Source of the DNA: Macrostomum lignano
Lineage: Eukaryota
Assembly (NCBI GenBank): GCA_002269645.1
Contig: NIVC01001798.1
Location: 1-64,000 of the forward strand
Reading direction: 5' to 3'
DNA length: 64,000 nt
A program made the position numbers and the translations under genes. Under the pieces are notes generated by a model, which saw nothing but the letters and a program-made list of their open reading frames with translations, searched no databases and was not told the origin of the DNA. Shown here piece after piece: positions 60,396 to 64,000 of this stretch (the stretch's first letter is position 1; the number at the start of each line of letters is the position of its first letter).

Positions 60396-60581
60396 CTAAA
60401 TATCGCATTAATAAAAGGTAGGATTTTAGTTGTTGTTCTTAAACGAGGGTGGGAAGCCGGGAGCTACCGTACCCGCGGATCAGCCCAAGGAAGGGCTCTG
60501 CCACTAGCTTACAGGGCCTATCTACCAGGGGCATATAGCCCGAGCGGCCCAGATTGGGACCAGGACTCAAGGCCTGGAGAG

Positions 60582-60942
60582 CAGGCGCGTCGCCACCGGG
60601 GGGGGAGGGGGGACATGCCCCCCCCCCAGTAAAAGCTCTGGGGGGGGACATGCCAATGCTTTGTCACCCCCACCCTACCTTGTGGTAATCAGTAATTTTC
60701 TACAGGGCGCCAAATTATAGCGCCTTCGGCGCCCAAATAACTGTCTGCGGCGCTAAAATGAGTGCCTGCGGTGCTAAAATGAGTGCCTGCGGTGCTAAAA
60801 TGAGTGCCTGCGGTGCTAAAATGAGTGCCTGTGGTGCTGAAATGAGTGCCTGTGGCACTAAAATGAGTACCTAAATTTAGTAATGTACATGTTGAATTCT
60901 TGGCTTTGTCCCCCCACCATTTAATCCATGGCGACGCACCTG
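60582..60942. mobile_element. hAT-like MITE (361 bp) with an internal 21-bp tandem repeat
   Basis: 14-bp TIRs CAGGCGCGTCGCCA / TGGCGACGCACCTG (1 mismatch). 8-bp TSD CTGGAGA(G/A) at 60574-60581 and 60943-60950. Internal CTAAAATGAGTGCCTGCGGTG repeated about 6 times. Confidence 0.85.
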
Positions 60943-61003
60943 CTGGAGAAAATACCTTATTAAGCGCTACTAGCTCAATGTCTATGGACTAAGACACCGC
61001 CAA

Positions 61004-61329
61004 GGGGGGCCGTAGCCCAGCGGTAGCGCAGATGCTCTGGTGTGCCAATGACCCACGCTCGATTCCAAGTGCAGTCACATTAATTATGCTCGTGCAATTA
61101 ACGGCCTTAACCCCCCCCCAAAGCGCAGTGAAGTGTACATGCCTAACGATAAAATAAAGTTAGGGCCGCTGTACACTCCTGTGTGAGTGTGTGCCTGCGT
61201 ACGTATCCGCGCGCTTGTATGCCTGCTCAGGGGAGTCGGCGGAATGGGCAGTAATGCCTCTCGCCGGTTATGTGCCTATGTCGCTTAAAGTGCGCCAGGG
61301 TGCACACAACCCCCCTGCCTCTAATAAAA
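61004..61329 (+). mobile_element. tRNA-derived SINE copy with perfect TSD
   Basis: Head GGGGGGCCGTAGCCCAGCGGTAGCGC (A box), GCTCGATTCC (B box), tail CTCTAATAAAA. 13-bp TSD AAGACACCGCCAA at 60991-61003 and 61330-61342. Confidence 0.92.
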
Positions 61330-64000
61330 AAGACACCGCCAACCCATAGTGGAATCAGGGACGGTGCTAGGACCGAGTCCACCCAGGCCACCCCCCAACG
61401 ACAAAACCCAAGTGTGCGCGCGAAAAATTTTGTAAGTTTGTACGCTCGTAGTTAAGTATTTTACTATTTGTAGTTTAAAAAGTACCTTTTACTAGTCCAA
61501 ACTCGCGCACATCTACTAAAAGTAGTTAAAGTCAAAGTCAGCCAACTCACATCACCGCAGTGCGTGCATACGCATGCATCCGTCATGGATAAAAGCTTTA
61601 GTAACCTTTTCTGTCTTGAATAAACAAAACGGAATAAAACAAGATTGTTGAATTTCAAATACGGCCACAAATCACATTCTGCCTTGCTTCCTTCCGATCC
61701 CTTTCTCTGAATCGCTCAATCTTCATTCAGCCTGTCTGTCTAAATATCACTCTCTCCCTCTTTTTCCCTCTCGACCTCTCGCCCTCTCCTTCTCTCCCTC
61801 TCTCCCTTTTACCCTCTCGCCTTATCTCCTCTCTCCATCTAGATCTCTCTCCCTCTATCCGTTCCGCCTCATCTCTCTCCATCTCTTCCAGTCTTCCCCT
61901 GTCCCCCTTTCTCTCTCCCCTCTACCCCCTGAATTAACTCTCCCCTTCTGCCCCCATGTCCTCTTCCCAACCAATTTTCCCCAGTTTTGCCTTTAATTTA
62001 ATCTTCTTTGTGAACGTCAATCCCTATCAGCTAGTCTAGATAATCTCCCAATCCGTCCGTTCTACGCGGGCTGTCACACCTGTACCAATTATGTTGCAAA
62101 TGTGCTTATTTTGCTTGAGCAAAGACACAATTTGGTAGCATCCGAATCCCAATGGGCTACCGGGACGAGGGGGTCCGAGTGGTTCGGGTCTCTTAAAATG
62201 CCGTGAAAGTCCTTTCTCAAGTGCAAATCGCGTGTTATAAGTAGTGCGCGCTGTGTAAAAGAACAGATGAGAAAATCAAGCAAAGAAATATGAGCAAGCA
62301 AGAAATAGTAGATGGCAAATGGGCCGGCGTAACAGAGCTCGTTTAGAAAAAGGAGAAAGAGAGACTAGCATAATTATTTATTCATTAGCTAGGCAGGGGT
62401 TCCGCGTCACGTAAGGAGAATTGAGTGAAGGAGAGAGGAGACCGAGCGACCGAAAGGGGAGGATGGGGAGACAGGAGCTGTATTAGAGGAAACGGGATCT
62501 GAGGAGAACCACCAGAGTCGTTGTTTCGCCCCCCCGCTTCCACTCGCAAACAAACTCAAATATTTCCCTTCCCCTTCCCCGCCTCCCTATCCGTGGCCCG
62601 GAGCTGCTACTGCAGTCACTGCGCTGCTAGGTCTTAGCGGAAAGCTATATAAGCCATGAGGAGGCTGCTCAGTGTAAGAGCTCACTCACACTCTGCATCG
62701 TGGCATCTCAATGCTGAGTATATACTCGTATAGGTGCACCGTCGTCAGTAGAGATTTACAAGAACCCTGAGCCGGTATTGAGCGCACTGCTCAGGTTGCA
62801 AGCGATCACTATTAAGATTAGCTTAGCATAGTGTGCGGTGTCGAAGAGGGAAGGAATTATAGTTGAGCCAACTGGGGGCAAACACGGAGGGACTGTCGAG
62901 AAGAGAGCTTGCGTTAACAGTTTCCTGTTGATATAAGTTCCTAACTTGAATTGGAGGTTTTTTGTCTCATCTCAACTCTCTTGATCTCTCATCGCATATT
63001 TTATCTCTCATTTCTTCTGCCATAAATACCATCCATAACATTTTTTATGTTGATAGAGAGGGATAGAATGAGAGATTGAGGTGAGTAAAGAAGGAGATCG
63101 AAAATGAAGTTTAGGTTCCATATTTTTAATCAAAACCTAAAAATATTTCAAGCAGCAATTATTGTTCTGTGTAGTGGACTGTCAGAAAAAACGTTAGTAA
63201 AAGACGGATTTTAGTCAACAAATCTATGAATAAAAGAGACATGGTTAGCCGAAGAAATTCCCCTTAAAGACGAAGTTACCCTCGTATACACATAATTGTT
63301 TTTGACACGAGGTAAATTTTTCTATTTCCGTTTTTTTCTATTTCATCCTTGTTGTAAATAAGTACGCCTCGATCTAAATATGAAACGGACATGGACTTTT
63401 TCTCTGCCTTTGAAAGTAACTACTAACATATAGATGCATAGTTGTAATTATTAACTTACACCAAATGTTGCTTGATGAAACTTCGTCCTCTGTTGTGTAG
63501 ACAGAATCTGAAGTGTCACGAGGATTTGGGATCTTTATTAACTTTTTGTTTCCTTGTCATCTTTAATTCCCCACAATCGATCATGTGTTTGTTATCTAAG
63601 TTGAATCATATTGCGAGGGTGTTTAGTCATTAAGTACATTGAGCACGTGATTCGATTCGGTGCTGTCTACCAGTTTTTCTTCACCATGCGTACATCGATC
63701 GATCACGTGACGAACATGGTTTGGGGCGTCTTCCCGTGTACACTGATCACGTGACTTAAATTTGGGGAGCCTGTCGCGCTTGTACATTGATGACGTGATA
63801 TTGTTTGTCGCGTCATCAATCTCCTAAATAAGACTGATCATGTAATCGGACCACAAACACCTAATGCAACTCAATAGCTTAGTTTTAAGCTGGCTGGCTG
63901 GCTGCCAAGATTTTTGCTAAAGATTCTTCGATCTCAGTAATCACCCTTTCACTTTGAGTTGTAAAATTAGCAATATATTTAACATGGAGCAATTTCTTAG

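Noticed and set aside
61004-61075. tRNA gene
   Set aside because: A and B boxes are present, but I could not fold a complete cloverleaf. The sequence continues into a shared SINE body with a TSD.
61554-61612. Small upstream Cav3 exon (QKRLLKLLSMTDACVCTHC)
   Set aside because: The phase would fit the 59923 exon only with a weak donor (GTGATG), and the peptide has no recognisable Cav3 similarity. Left unannotated.
62072-62920. Solo LTR bounded by TGTCACA..TTAACA
   Set aside because: No matching target-site duplication, PBS or PPT.

Overview
Eukaryotic, intron-containing animal genomic DNA. GC-rich exons, AT-rich introns, poly-Q tracts and many minisatellites are consistent with a free-living flatworm such as Macrostomum, but the organism cannot be confirmed from the sequence. 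No prokaryotic features or CRISPR arrays were found. Five host genes were assembled by hand from GT-AG phase-consistent exons: (1) a monofunctional peptidylglycine alpha-hydroxylating monooxygenase (PHM) whose CuM methionine ligand is replaced by Thr; (2) an ankyrin-repeat/SOCS-box (ASB) gene; (3) a 7-exon orphan helical (ARM/HEAT-like) gene on the minus strand; (4) a Gln/Pro-rich coiled-coil gene resembling SRCIN1/Sickle-tail (AIP3-like); (5) domains II-IV of a T-type Cav3 calcium channel on the minus strand, whose 5' end lies beyond the window. The mobile DNA includes a boundary-complete but disrupted P-element (1277-4708, ~92-bp TIRs, 8-bp TSD, spliced THAP transposase), two P-type MITEs of 141 bp and 50 bp with exact TSDs, hAT-like MITEs (one inserted in the transposase DxxH motif), a five-copy tRNA-derived SINE family, and several kb of 20-100-bp minisatellites that generate most of the long spurious ORFs in the ORF track. 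I found no clear-cut novel multi-gene system. The best leads are the Met-to-Thr PHM, the P-element size series, the Cav3 turret exon and a hammerhead-like tandem repeat.
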